Source: an uncultured Chloroflexia bacterium (GTDB lineage Bacteria; Chloroflexota; Chloroflexia; QHBQ01; JADMIH01). Taken from it: DNA of 64,000 nucleotides. The DNA lies in NCBI GenBank assembly GCA_963797095.1, contig CAWCNY010000004.1, positions 96,001-160,000 on the forward strand, given 5' to 3'. The notes under the pieces are model-generated. The model ran no database searches and had not been told where the DNA came from. It saw nothing but the letters and a program-made list of their open reading frames with translations. Position numbers and translations under genes: made by a program. Numbering within the stretch: the first letter of the stretch is position 1; each line of letters opens with the position of its first letter. Below, piece by piece: positions 1 through 9,903 of this stretch.

Positions 1-1
1 C

Positions 2-1024
2 CAGAATTCGCGCTATCCTGACTATTTCGGAAAGATCGCGCTCCGCCATGCCATCGCAGATTGGTATTCGTGGCGCTTCGGCGTGTCCCTTGAGGCCGAG
101 TCAGAGGTGCTGCCGCTCATCGGCTCGAAAGAGGGAATCGCTAACGTGGCACTTGCGTTTACCGATCCCGGGGAGGGGGCGCTGGTTCCCGACCCGGCTT
201 ACCCTGTGTACAAGTTTGGCACGCTCATGGCGAATGGCGCACCGATTCCGCTTCCGCTTACAGAAGAGCACGGCTGGCTGCCTGATTTAGACAAGATCGA
301 CCTGCAATCAGGCCCACAGATTAATGTCATCTGGTTGAATTACCCCAATAATCCAACGGGAGCTACAGCGGACCACGAGTTCTTCGAGCACGCAGTGCAC
401 TGGGCCAAGAAGAACGATGTGATCATCGCGCACGACAACCCTTACAGTGAAGTGGCGTATGACGGTTACAAGCCACCTTCGATCTTTGAGGTACCGGGCG
501 CAAAGGATGTAGCGGTTGAGTTCAACTCGCTTAGCAAGACCTATTCAATGGCAGGTTACCGGATCGGGATGGTGGTCGGCAACGCGGAAATTATCGAGGT
601 GCTTGGGCGAATCAAGAGCAATATCGATTCCGGGATATTCGGGGCTATACAGGACACTGCCATTGCAGCGCTCACGGGCGATCAGTCATGGATACCGGAG
701 AGGAATGAGATCTACAGGCGCAGGCGAGACAAGGTCTGCGACACGCTAAGAGCCATAGGAATAGACGCGCCCAAGCCACGGGCCAGCCTGTACATCTGGG
801 CGCGAGTGCCGCAAGGATATACATCTCGCACCTTTGCCGACTCGCTGCTCGATAAGACCGGAGTGGCTGTCACGCCCGGCTCCAGCTATGGGGCGCAGGG
901 CGAGGGATATTTCAGGATGTCGCTTACTGTGTCGGACGCGGAGGTAGAGACCGCCGTGAAACGCCTGAGTGATTTCATGCCGGAGGTTCCTGAGCCGGAA
1001 GCAGCAAGCGTACGAGGCTTCTAG
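2..1024 (+). CDS. dapL: LL-diaminopimelate aminotransferase (class I/II PLP), 5'-truncated by window edge
   Basis: Frame open from position 2; LIGSKEG, NYPNNPTG, HDNPY, SLSKTYSMAGYRIG (PLP lysine), KSNIDSG motifs. Confidence 0.85.
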   Translation, partial: QNSRYPDYFGKIALRHAIADWYSWRFGVSLEAESEVLPLIGSKEGIANVALAFTDPGEGALVPDPAYPVYKFGTLMANGAPIPLPLTEEHGWLPDLDKIDLQSGPQINVIWLNYPNNPTGATADHEFFEHAVHWAKKNDVIIAHDNPYSEVAYDGYKPPSIFEVPGAKDVAVEFNSLSKTYSMAGYRIGMVVGNAEIIEVLGRIKSNIDSGIFGAIQDTAIAALTGDQSWIPERNEIYRRRRDKVCDTLRAIGIDAPKPRASLYIWARVPQGYTSRTFADSLLDKTGVAVTPGSSYGAQGEGYFRMSLTVSDAEVETAVKRLSDFMPEVPEPEAASVRGF

Positions 1025-1039
1025 GCCACCCAACGGAGG

Positions 1040-2404
1040 ATGGTTATTAATACGCGATTGCACGAAACATACAAACCTGCCGAGCAGGCGTTGCTCATCG
1101 GCGTAGAAACCGGCAAGCAACTCTGGAAGCTCGATGACTCGCTTGACGAACTGGAACAACTCGCCGCTACCGCCGGCGTTGAGGTGGTAGGAAGGATATC
1201 ACAAAAACTGAGTTCGCCGAACCCGGCCACTCTGGTGGGCAAGGGCAAACTTCAGGAGATCAAGGCGGCACAGGAGGAGACCGGGGCCGATCTCCTGTTG
1301 TTCGATGAAGAACTTAGCCCGAGCCAGCAGCGTAATCTTGAGGACGCGCTTGATACAAAGATCCTCGACCGCACCGGCCTGATCCTCGACATATTCGCGC
1401 GCCACGCGCAGACACGCGAGGGGAGACTGCAAGTTGAGCTTGCCCAGTTAGAGTATCGATTGCCACGCCTCACGCGGATGTGGACCCACCTTTCGCGGCA
1501 GGCTGTGGGCGGAGTAGGACTGCGCGGGCCTGGCGAGACTCAGCTTGAGGTGGACCGCAGACGCTCACAGGAGCGCATCACAAAGCTCAAGAGCGAGCTA
1601 GTGGAGGTACATGGACATCGGGAACTGTACCGGCAGAAGCGGAGGCGAGAAGGTCTGCCTGTGGTGGCGTTGGTCGGCTATACGAATGCAGGTAAATCGA
1701 CCTTACTGAATGCGCTATCGGATTCGGAGGTCTATGCGGAGAATGTACTCTTTGCGACGCTCGACCCGACAACTCGGTTGATCACGCTTCCCGAAGGGCA
1801 GCGTGCGTTGCTAACTGACACCGTGGGGTTCATACAACGGCTGCCGACACAGTTGGTGGCGGCGTTCCGGGCTACGCTCGAAGAAATACAGGACGCTGAT
1901 ATACTTGTGCACGCGCTTGACCTGACACACCCAAACGCGGAAGAACAGTCCAAAACGGTCGATAGCGTGTTGCGCGAACTTGGCGTGGCTGACAAGCCCA
2001 AAGTAGTTGCCCTGAATAAGATCGACCGGCTCTTCACGAACCTTGTGCGACCGGACAGCGGGCGGGACGGTGCTACAGAGGCTGATGGGGCTGTGCTGGA
2101 TACTGAGAGCATCAGCGCGACGATTCGCCAGGATCTGGGTCTGGGGCCGGGCTATGTGCCTGTGTCGGCAAGGCTGCGATGGGGGCTAGACGACCTGCTC
2201 AAGGCGATCCAGGAGACTCTGAGCGCGACGTTGTCACCATTCAGAGCGCTGATCCCCTACAGTGAGAGTGAGCTTGTCGCATTGGTTCATGAAAAAGGTA
2301 TTGTCGAAAGTGAGGACCATACTGCCAATGGCACGCTCATCGAGGGCCGCGTTCCGGCGCGCTATGTAGGGACGCTTACGCGGTACGCAGTAAGTGAAAG
2401 GTAG
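1040..2404 (+). CDS. hflX: GTPase HflX
   Basis: LDRTGLILDIFARHA, GLRGPGETQLEVDRR, GYTNAGKS, LFATLDPT, DTVGF, NKID. Confidence 0.97.
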   Translation: MVINTRLHETYKPAEQALLIGVETGKQLWKLDDSLDELEQLAATAGVEVVGRISQKLSSPNPATLVGKGKLQEIKAAQEETGADLLLFDEELSPSQQRNLEDALDTKILDRTGLILDIFARHAQTREGRLQVELAQLEYRLPRLTRMWTHLSRQAVGGVGLRGPGETQLEVDRRRSQERITKLKSELVEVHGHRELYRQKRRREGLPVVALVGYTNAGKSTLLNALSDSEVYAENVLFATLDPTTRLITLPEGQRALLTDTVGFIQRLPTQLVAAFRATLEEIQDADILVHALDLTHPNAEEQSKTVDSVLRELGVADKPKVVALNKIDRLFTNLVRPDSGRDGATEADGAVLDTESISATIRQDLGLGPGYVPVSARLRWGLDDLLKAIQETLSATLSPFRALIPYSESELVALVHEKGIVESEDHTANGTLIEGRVPARYVGTLTRYAVSER

Positions 2405-2422
2405 CCGGGGGATATTAAACAG

Positions 2423-2453
2423 AGAAGGGGCGGGTCTTGGACCTGCCCCTTCT
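2423..2453. terminator. Hairpin between convergent genes, probable bidirectional terminator
   Basis: agaaggggcgggtc-ttg-gacctgccccttct. Confidence 0.75.
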
Positions 2454-2472
2454 TGTTGGAAGTGTTAATACG

Positions 2473-3198
2473 TCAAGGCGTGGCTGACGCCTCCGGCACG
2501 GGCGCTTGAGTGGCGGTAGGTGCGGAAGGCGAGGTGGACTCCGCGGGTGTGGCGGTCGACGGAGGTTCGCTGCTTGTGCCTTCCGCTGTGGGTGTTGGTG
2601 TCGTTGTGTCGGTGGGTGTTGCAGTTACCGGGGTTATCGGCACCGGCGTTGGTGACGGCAGTTCCACGGGCGGGCTGACGAGCCAGGTGCGCATCGGCTC
2701 AATTGTTGAGTTGATTACGGTGTAGAGCTTGTTGCCGTCGGGCAGCTTCACATAGTAGCCGCCACCATCCGGCGTTGCGTGCCCTATGAGAAGGGTTCTG
2801 GTGGTGTGGGCAGTATCGCTGAAGGTGACGGTCACGCTCATGGGTTGGCCGTCCAACCCGTACTGTGTGAGGTCGGTCGTGTCAGAAAGCGTGTATTGCG
2901 CCTGCAGGATCTGGAGCGAATTTGCCACCCCACCTACCTGGAAGAGATCGGCGGGCCTGTCGACAGGCTCTTTGATTTGCCAGGTGCCGCTTATCACGTC
3001 TTTTACAATGCTAACTTTGCTTGTGCCACTCATCACATCGAGGGCGATTGCGGGATTGTCATCTTGCCAGATATAGATATTGGGTGTGGGGGTCGCCTCG
3101 CCGGGCGAGGAGGCGTTATTGCTTGAGAGAAAGAACGCCAGAGCCGCCAGTACCAAGAGGACCACTCCCAACAGAATTGTCGTTCTGTAGCGTTCCAT
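2473..3198 (-). CDS. DUF4340-type membrane-anchored protein with Pro/Thr-rich tail
   Basis: N-terminal TM helix, 'DLTQYGLD' and 'IGHATPDGGGYYVK' motifs, last gene of the Gld-like operon. Confidence 0.75.
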   Translation of the reverse strand: MERYRTTILLGVVLLVLAALAFFLSSNNASSPGEATPTPNIYIWQDDNPAIALDVMSGTSKVSIVKDVISGTWQIKEPVDRPADLFQVGGVANSLQILQAQYTLSDTTDLTQYGLDGQPMSVTVTFSDTAHTTRTLLIGHATPDGGGYYVKLPDGNKLYTVINSTIEPMRTWLVSPPVELPSPTPVPITPVTATPTDTTTPTPTAEGTSSEPPSTATPAESTSPSAPTATQAPVPEASATP

Positions 3199-3201
3199 CG
3201 G

Positions 3202-4830
3202 TTACCTGCGCCTCCACCAGTTATAGCCTCCCAGGATCAGTACCAGGATAGGCAACGCGAACACCGAGACGATAGCCAGGATGTTCTTTTGCCCCGAATC
3301 GAGCACGATCGTGCGCGGAGCGGTTGCATCCTTGGCGCGGATCGAAACTAACTCGTTCTGCCCGGAAAGCCAGTCAATGGAGTTTGAGAAGAGGTCGATG
3401 TTGTTCGGATCGACCTGCTGCACGGCCAGATTGCTGGGGAAGTCGGCATCGCCATAGACGACCAGCCTGGGTTGCGGAGCGGTGGTGTCGGTGGTTGTGG
3501 TTGATGGTGCGATCTGCAAACCGATGGCTACCGGACCTGGAATGTCGTTTGTGCCCTCATCGTAGTTGGCCTGGGCATTCTTGGTGTCCGTTTCAAGCCA
3601 GCTTACGTCCGAGCCTGACGAGGACTGGATCATCTGCGTAACAACCATGCTATCTACGGTGCTGGTAGGCGGCTTCAGACCAAGAGAGAGAGGGAAGAGT
3701 GTTGGTATCTGTTTTCGGTTCAAGTCGTCGGCTATGCCCGTACCAAGATAGGTCCGGACAATGAGCACAGTAGGCTCCTGGGGGCTGTAGTTGCTCGCCA
3801 GGTCAACGACCACGCCGGAAACGGGAGTCACCCCGTACTTGCTCAACACGTCGGCCATTGGCTTGAGGGCTTCGTCCGACATCTGCGGGTCGAGTAGCAT
3901 CATCACTCGTCCGCCGCTATCGAGGTACTGCTCCAGCGCAGTTGTCTCCTTGGCGGTCAGTGGGTTGGTAGGTTGGGCGACGATCAGTACGTTCACATCA
4001 CTGGTGGTGAGCGTACCCGTAAGGAGGCTGACGGTTTTGATCTGATAATTCTCTTTGGTAAGTTGGTCTTTGACCGTGCTGTAACCAGTCTCGTCAAAGC
4101 CGTTGGGGTCGCGCTCGCCGTGACCTGTGAGGAAGCCGACTGTGAGGGTTTGAGTTTGGAAGAGGCGTACAATCGCGCTCGTAAAGTCGGACTCGGTCGC
4201 GCTTGCGGCGACCTCACGTTTCTTGCCGTCGTCGAACACAACAGTCCCGTAGCGATTGTCGAATCCAAGCTCGCTTGCTTTCGCAGGTTGCGAGACAGGG
4301 TCGACAAACTCGTAGTGTATCTTGTTGGTATGAGCAGCATACTCTTTGAGGAGGTCTTCGATCTGCTGCTGGCTTACATCGCTCTGAACATAGATGCTGT
4401 AAAACGCGTAGGCAGTGACCTGCGTGTCACGTGAATTGAGGTCGTTCAGAACGTTGATGGTCTGGTCGGAGAGGGTGAATTCCTGGCCCGCGGTCAGGTC
4501 AGCCCTGGCCGTCGGCACATTATCTACGATCACGTTTATTGCGATGCCGATGCCGATGGCGATCACCGAAACGAGCAGAGCGTTGGCGGTCAGTCGGTTA
4601 CTGCGCTTGGAAGCAGCAGCGCCCACCGATTCGGGCGAGATCACAAGATAGACGGAAAAGAAGATAATGGCCCCTACCGCCAGGATGCGCAGCACCGCAT
4701 CCCACTGTCCGATGTTCAAGTTGAACTGGGGTGTAGTGAACGCGGCCCAGTAGATCACCGCCATTGCGAAGAGGCCAAGGGCGGCGAAACCGGAAATGGT
4801 CGAGATAAGGGAGCGTGTGTTGACTTTCAT
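3202..4830 (-). CDS. GldG-family ABC auxiliary component
   Basis: DLTxxxxFTLS, YEFVDP, FLTGHGE, GGRVMMLLDP, VYGDADF, N-x-DLFSNSIDWL; TM helices at both ends. Confidence 0.88.
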   Translation of the reverse strand: MKVNTRSLISTISGFAALGLFAMAVIYWAAFTTPQFNLNIGQWDAVLRILAVGAIIFFSVYLVISPESVGAAASKRSNRLTANALLVSVIAIGIGIAINVIVDNVPTARADLTAGQEFTLSDQTINVLNDLNSRDTQVTAYAFYSIYVQSDVSQQQIEDLLKEYAAHTNKIHYEFVDPVSQPAKASELGFDNRYGTVVFDDGKKREVAASATESDFTSAIVRLFQTQTLTVGFLTGHGERDPNGFDETGYSTVKDQLTKENYQIKTVSLLTGTLTTSDVNVLIVAQPTNPLTAKETTALEQYLDSGGRVMMLLDPQMSDEALKPMADVLSKYGVTPVSGVVVDLASNYSPQEPTVLIVRTYLGTGIADDLNRKQIPTLFPLSLGLKPPTSTVDSMVVTQMIQSSSGSDVSWLETDTKNAQANYDEGTNDIPGPVAIGLQIAPSTTTTDTTAPQPRLVVYGDADFPSNLAVQQVDPNNIDLFSNSIDWLSGQNELVSIRAKDATAPRTIVLDSGQKNILAIVSVFALPILVLILGGYNWWRRR

Positions 4831-5543
4831 GAGCGATACCTCCTACCCTCTACCACCTGTACGGTCAGGAATAGGACTACCGCCGTAAATGTCAGATAGA
4901 ACACCACATCTTTGAGGTCGATGATCCCGCGCTCGAACGGGTCGTAACGGTCGCTGAGTGAGAACTGAGTGAGGAAGTCGCTCAGTCCCTGAGCTACGCC
5001 ACCCGCGATCTGGCCGATTACAAATAGGATCAGCAGAATCACAAAGGCGATCACGGCAGAAACCATCTGGTTCGAGGTAAGAGATGAGGCGAAGAGACCA
5101 ACTGCAAGAAAGGCCATGCCCAGTAAGACAAGGCCAAAGTAGCCACTCCAGATCGGGCCCCAATCGGGGTCGCCACCGAGGAGTACCAGCAGAAGTGGGT
5201 AGAACAAGGTGAGGCCCATCATCGCGAGGTAGAGACCAAGCGCGCCAAGGAACTTGCCGATAACCACCGACCAGTCTCTGACCGGAGCGGTAAGGAGTAG
5301 CTCTAGAGTGCCGGTCCTCAACTCTTCGGCAAGTAGACGCATGGTGAGGGCCGGAGAGATAAGCAGGAGCAGGATTGTAACAACTCCGAAGGTATTTCGT
5401 AGCGAGGCTTCACTGGTGATGTCGACGCTCCTCCAAAAGAAGAAGCCGATTGCGACTAACCAGAAGGCCACGATCACGTAGGCCACAGGGGATACGAAGT
5501 AGGAACGTAGCTCTTTGCCTGCGATAACCAGAAGGTTTCTCAT
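4827..5543 (-). CDS. ABC-2 permease (GldF-like)
   Basis: KELRSYFxSP, TMRLLAEExRTGTLELLLTAPV, GKFL; six TM helices; overlaps neighbours by 4 nt. Confidence 0.92.
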   Translation of the reverse strand: MRNLLVIAGKELRSYFVSPVAYVIVAFWLVAIGFFFWRSVDITSEASLRNTFGVVTILLLLISPALTMRLLAEELRTGTLELLLTAPVRDWSVVIGKFLGALGLYLAMMGLTLFYPLLLVLLGGDPDWGPIWSGYFGLVLLGMAFLAVGLFASSLTSNQMVSAVIAFVILLILFVIGQIAGGVAQGLSDFLTQFSLSDRYDPFERGIIDLKDVVFYLTFTAVVLFLTVQVVEGRRYRS

Positions 5544-6652
5544 CGTCGCACCCTCCTTCTGGCCGCCACGCGGCGCACGGGGGCGGCAACAGGCTCTTCC
5601 TCTTCTTCCTCGTCGTACTCTTCGTCGAATTCTTCGGGTTCTCCGCCTTCAGGGAGGCCGAGGTCATACCTGTCGTCGGGGCCCTCTTTGGAGATCACAT
5701 CGATGAAGATGTCCTCCAGGGTAGGGCGCACGGCGCGTAATTCGACCAGTTTCTGGCCCGCGCCAACCACAGCACTCGCAATATCGGGCCGTACATCCTT
5801 ACGGGGATCGTGTTCGATCCTGTAGGTATATGTACCGGCTTTCAATTCGGTGAGCGAGCCGTCCTCGGTGGTGCCGTCGGCGTTTTGGAGAAGAGCGCTG
5901 GTCACGCCACCAATTGCACGCAGACCTTTCACCACCTGCGTGGGCACGCCGCCAACTTCCACTTCCACGTGCTGTTTCTCGCTAACACCTTCGGCAAGAT
6001 TGATTGGCGTGTCCAGAGCAACTAGCTTGCCGCGATTGATTATGATCACACGGTTGCAAACCATGCTCACTTCAGGCAACAGGTGGGTGCTCAGGATCAC
6101 GGTGTGGTTCTTGCCAAGTTCTTTGATCATATTCCTGACTTCGGTGATCTGCACCGGGTCAAGACCCACTGTGGGTTCGTCAAGGATCAGCACATCCGGA
6201 TTGTGCAGGAGAGCCTGCGCAAGACCGACGCGCTGCCTGTAACCACGGGACAGAGCTTCGATAAGTTTGTTGGCAACATCTCCGATGTTCAGTTCGTCCA
6301 TGACTTCAAAGATGCGAGCGCGCCTGTCGCGGCTGCTATTTAGACCTGTAAGCCTGGCCCTGAAGTCCAGGTATTCGAGCGTTGTAAGCTCTGTGTACAA
6401 CGGCACCGACTCCGGTAAGTATCCTAGATGAGCGCGTGCTTGCAGTGACTTTTCAGCTACGTCAAAGCCCGCCACCCTCACAGTACCGGAAGTGGGGGGT
6501 AGGTAACCCGTAATCATGCGCATAGTGGTGGTTTTACCTGCGCCGTTCGGGCCGAGAAAGCCCAGGATCTCACCTTTTTCAACGCTGAAGGTGACATCCC
6601 TGACCACGGGAAAGGTGCCGTAATACTTTGTCAGGTGCTCCACTTCAATCAT
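5540..6652 (-). CDS. ABC ATP-binding protein (GldA-like)
   Basis: GPNGAGKTT, LSRGYRQR, ILDEPT, LSTH; acidic then basic C-terminal tail. Confidence 0.95.
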   Translation of the reverse strand: MIEVEHLTKYYGTFPVVRDVTFSVEKGEILGFLGPNGAGKTTTMRMITGYLPPTSGTVRVAGFDVAEKSLQARAHLGYLPESVPLYTELTTLEYLDFRARLTGLNSSRDRRARIFEVMDELNIGDVANKLIEALSRGYRQRVGLAQALLHNPDVLILDEPTVGLDPVQITEVRNMIKELGKNHTVILSTHLLPEVSMVCNRVIIINRGKLVALDTPINLAEGVSEKQHVEVEVGGVPTQVVKGLRAIGGVTSALLQNADGTTEDGSLTELKAGTYTYRIEHDPRKDVRPDIASAVVGAGQKLVELRAVRPTLEDIFIDVISKEGPDDRYDLGLPEGGEPEEFDEEYDEEEEEEPVAAPVRRVAARRRVRR

Positions 6653-6745
6653 AGGGAGCCGTCCTCACTTTCGGGGCAATATAATCCCATTTATTGGGGA
6701 TGGGTAGGCATATGTAGCGGTCGTCGGAATGGCAGACAACAACGA

Positions 6746-6774
6746 ATTGTGCCAGAGGCAAATACATTTGTCAA
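6746..6774 (-). promoter_or_regulatory. Sigma70-type promoter for the Gld-like operon
   Basis: TTGACA-17-CACAAT on minus strand. Confidence 0.55.
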
Positions 6775-6786
6775 GTTTACAAGCAC

Positions 6787-6815
6787 AAAAAGGGGCGATC
6801 CTGTAGATCACCCCT
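6787..6815 (-). terminator. Intrinsic terminator after the Rpf-like gene
   Basis: Minus strand aggggtgatc-tacag-gatcgcccc then ttttt. Confidence 0.75.
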
Positions 6816-6843
6816 CGTCGCTGCGAGTCTATGAAGAACAGAG

Positions 6844-7275
6844 TCACCTGCCGGCGGTTATGTAGTAGCAGCTCCACCAGCTTTGGTGGCCTAAGCTCCA
6901 GGCTTTGGCAGTGGCGAATATCTGGGATCTGGCGTCCCACACGCTGTTGTACCTGTATGGGTTCCAGCTTCCGCGCCATGTATTTATGTGATACTGGAAG
7001 AGGCCTTTGTAGGTGCCGCTTGGGCTTGCAACGTAGGCGCGTCCGCTGGACTCGCACATCATTACGCGCCACATCTTGTCAACGCTTTGGGTGTAGGGAT
7101 ACATAGCGCGCGCCTGCTCCATCCATACCCGATACTGATTGAGCGTGGATTGGGAGGCCGCGAGCGCAGGGTCTGCGGGACGCACAACTATGAGCGCCCC
7201 AACTGACATGATGGTGGCGACCAGCGAGATAAGACGGAAACGAAGCGCGCGCGAATGCGCGGAATGTAGTGACAT
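6844..7275 (-). CDS. Secreted lysozyme-fold transglycosylase, Rpf-like
   Basis: Signal peptide ending ALA; CESSG, GxYxGLFQ, TW, QI and WxxC as in Rpf domains; SD AAGGAGG. Confidence 0.75.
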   Translation of the reverse strand: MSLHSAHSRALRFRLISLVATIMSVGALIVVRPADPALAASQSTLNQYRVWMEQARAMYPYTQSVDKMWRVMMCESSGRAYVASPSGTYKGLFQYHINTWRGSWNPYRYNSVWDARSQIFATAKAWSLGHQSWWSCYYITAGR

Positions 7276-7476
7276 GGCTTGTCCTCCTTGCCTTCTTTGG
7301 CCTACGCCTTGAGCACTTGTGCCCTCTTAGCGATAGGCTGAGCACGAATTCGCTCTTGCAGCCCGGTTCTGCCCTGGGATAGTGATGCTTTGCCAACCGA
7401 TCGCAGTTAGCGAAGAGCGAATGGCGACTTTGACTTGGCTTTTCTTTCCTTGCACTTTCAGGAAAAACTCTTGCCG

Positions 7477-7506
7477 ATGGTATCAAAGGCTTGTAGGATA
7501 TGTCAA
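7477..7506 (-). promoter_or_regulatory. Sigma70-type promoter about 200 nt upstream of the Rpf-like gene
   Basis: TTGACA-18-TACCAT with TGn extended -10. Confidence 0.6.
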
Positions 7507-7558
7507 TGGATTCCAGGCAAAGATAATACTCTAATACGAATGTTTACGTAGGGTAAAC

Positions 7559-9811
7559 TCAATCAGGACTCCGCAAGCGCTCGATGAGACCGGAGTAGCG
7601 GCTGGTTGAAGTATCAGTGTGAACTGCGCGCCTGAGGGCTACAGGGGAGCCTGCCAGTACCACCAGGCTTCGGGCACGACTCACAGCGGTGTATAGGAGG
7701 TTGCGCTGCAAGAGCCGCCCCTGCTGTGGAAGGACGGGGATGATGACGGCCCGGTACTCGCTGCCCTGGGCCTTATGCACCGAAATAGCGTAGGCGTGAG
7801 CCAGCTCGTCCAGCTCCTGAAAGGTATATTCAACGGCCAATTCTCCGTCGAAGCTAACATGAAGCGCTTGCTCCTCAAGATCGATGCGAGCAATACGCCC
7901 AAGCTCGCCATTGGAGACCTGCCTGTCGTAGTCATTTACGACCTGCATCACTTTGTCGCCAACCCTGAATATGCGATTGCCAAAGCGTCGTTCGTCCTTG
8001 TGTGGGGCGGGAGGATTGAGCACCGCTTGCAGGTTCACGTTCAATGCCTCTATACCACACACGCCCGCGTAAATTGGCGAGAGCACCTGGATATCTTCCA
8101 TAGGGTTCAGCCCGAACTTATCCGGCACGCGCTTCGTCGCGAGGTCCACGACCAGCGCGGCGCAGTCGGCGGGATCTGGTTGGTTGAAGAAGAAGAAGTC
8201 GGTCACCTGCTTGCCATACACAGGCAACTCACCCGCGTTAATGCGGTGTGCATTCGAGACGATGGCGCTGCCTTCCGGCTGCCGGAAAATCGTCTCGAGG
8301 CGGGTGATTGGCACGGTATGGCTGGCGATTATGTCTCGGAAGACCGCGCCTGGCCCTACAGGAGGTAGCTGGTCTGCGTCTCCAACGAGCACAAGGTGAG
8401 CGCCAGCCGGTACTGCCTTCAGGAGAGCCTCGGCCAACTGGAGGTCCATCATGGATGCTTCGTCAATAATTATCAGATCGGCATTGAGGGGAGCGCGCAC
8501 TTCGTAGGCCCCGCCGGGACGCAACTCAAGCATTCGATGGATGGTGGCGGCGGGCGCCCCGGTTGCCTCCGACAGTCGCTTGGCGGCGCGCCCGGTTGGA
8601 GCCGCCAGTTCGACAGTGCCACCTCGAGCCTGCACCAGGCGGACGATTGAGCGCAAAGTGGTGGTCTTGCCAGTGCCCGGCCCGCCCGTTATCACTGCAA
8701 CGCGGCTTGTGAGCGCGGAGCGGACCGCCTCCTGTTGCTGTTGAGTCAGGTGCACCGTTTCGCGGCTGCTCAGGTAGCGCAAGGCCGTTTGCCAATCGAG
8801 ATCGTGCAGTATGCTAAGCCGGTCTTTGCCATGCGACAGATTCTTCAAAGCATCATAGATCGAGGTTTCGGCGGAGTATAGCTCAGGAAGATAAACCACC
8901 TTCTGGATGCCTTGACCGTTGAGCGATAGCTGATCGAGGTGGAAGTAGCCCGCTTCGTGCAAAGATGGAAGGAGTGCTTCGACTGTGCCCGGATTGAGCG
9001 ACAGGAGCCGTGCGGCACGCGGCAGTAAGCGGCCAAGGGGCAAGAATGCATCACCGTGGGCAGCGGCGTCTCGCAGGACGGAGGCTATACCGGCCCCGAC
9101 GCGCGGGGGGGCATCGGGGGCCACGCCGGAACGGGCTGCGATGGCGTCGGCCACCTCGAAGGAGATCCCATAAACCTCGGCGGCGAGCCTGTAGGGCTGG
9201 TCGCGCACGATAGCTTTAGCGGCTGTGCCATATTTGCGAAGGATACGCACAGCCAGGGCCACAGGCAGTCCCTGACTTTGCAGGAAGACCATCAACTCTT
9301 TGAGGGCACGCCTCTCGCGCCAGGCTTCGGCAATAGAGAGAGCCTTGCGGGCGCCCATGCCCGGCACTTCGACTAGCCGGTCGGGTTCGTTATCCAAGAC
9401 GTGTAGCGTTTCAAGACCGAAGGTGTTGGCGATATGCTCGGCCATCACCGGGCCAACTCCTTTGAGAAGGCCGGAGCCAAGATAGCGCTTGAGGGCCGCC
9501 AGCGTGCCAGGTGTGGCCGATTGATAGCGGGTTACTGAGAATTGCCGCCCATATTGCGGGTGACTCACCCATTCGCCTTCGACGCGGAGACCTTCGCCGA
9601 TGCTGATGGCAGGGAGATAGCCTGCGATTGTGATAAGTTGCTTTTGGCGGGGCACCTTGAGGCGCGCGATGGTCCAGCCGTTCTCCTCGTTGATATAGGT
9701 GATGCGGTCGATAATGCCGTCGATCGCTTGCTCGGCGGGGTTGACATCTTCACTTTGTGGGGATGTTCTTGCGGCGTCCATTGTTGCAAAAGATCTTGTT
9801 CGGGTCTTCAT
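7559..9811 (-). CDS. recD2: RecD2-family ATP-dependent helicase (true start possibly ATG 9781)
   Basis: GEWVSHPQYGRQF, YLGSGLLKGVGP, TGGPGTGKTT, APTGRAAKRL, DEASM, GDADQLPPVGPG, HKAQGSEY, LLYTAVSRA. Confidence 0.95.
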   Translation of the reverse strand: MKTRTRSFATMDAARTSPQSEDVNPAEQAIDGIIDRITYINEENGWTIARLKVPRQKQLITIAGYLPAISIGEGLRVEGEWVSHPQYGRQFSVTRYQSATPGTLAALKRYLGSGLLKGVGPVMAEHIANTFGLETLHVLDNEPDRLVEVPGMGARKALSIAEAWRERRALKELMVFLQSQGLPVALAVRILRKYGTAAKAIVRDQPYRLAAEVYGISFEVADAIAARSGVAPDAPPRVGAGIASVLRDAAAHGDAFLPLGRLLPRAARLLSLNPGTVEALLPSLHEAGYFHLDQLSLNGQGIQKVVYLPELYSAETSIYDALKNLSHGKDRLSILHDLDWQTALRYLSSRETVHLTQQQQEAVRSALTSRVAVITGGPGTGKTTTLRSIVRLVQARGGTVELAAPTGRAAKRLSEATGAPAATIHRMLELRPGGAYEVRAPLNADLIIIDEASMMDLQLAEALLKAVPAGAHLVLVGDADQLPPVGPGAVFRDIIASHTVPITRLETIFRQPEGSAIVSNAHRINAGELPVYGKQVTDFFFFNQPDPADCAALVVDLATKRVPDKFGLNPMEDIQVLSPIYAGVCGIEALNVNLQAVLNPPAPHKDERRFGNRIFRVGDKVMQVVNDYDRQVSNGELGRIARIDLEEQALHVSFDGELAVEYTFQELDELAHAYAISVHKAQGSEYRAVIIPVLPQQGRLLQRNLLYTAVSRARSLVVLAGSPVALRRAVHTDTSTSRYSGLIERLRSPD

Positions 9812-9842
9812 CGAATTATACCCTCATCGCCGAGACAAATAC

Positions 9843-9874
9843 GAAGGACGACAGCCGCTCCCGGCGTCGTCCTT
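9843..9874 (-). terminator. Hairpin after ssb, weak U-tract
   Basis: aaggacgac...gtcgtcctt stem. Confidence 0.5.
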
Positions 9875-9903
9875 TGCGAATGGATTGAGCGATATTCGAA
9901 CGG

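Noticed and set aside
9790-9801. LexA box at the recD2 start
   Set aside because: Only one half-site matches.
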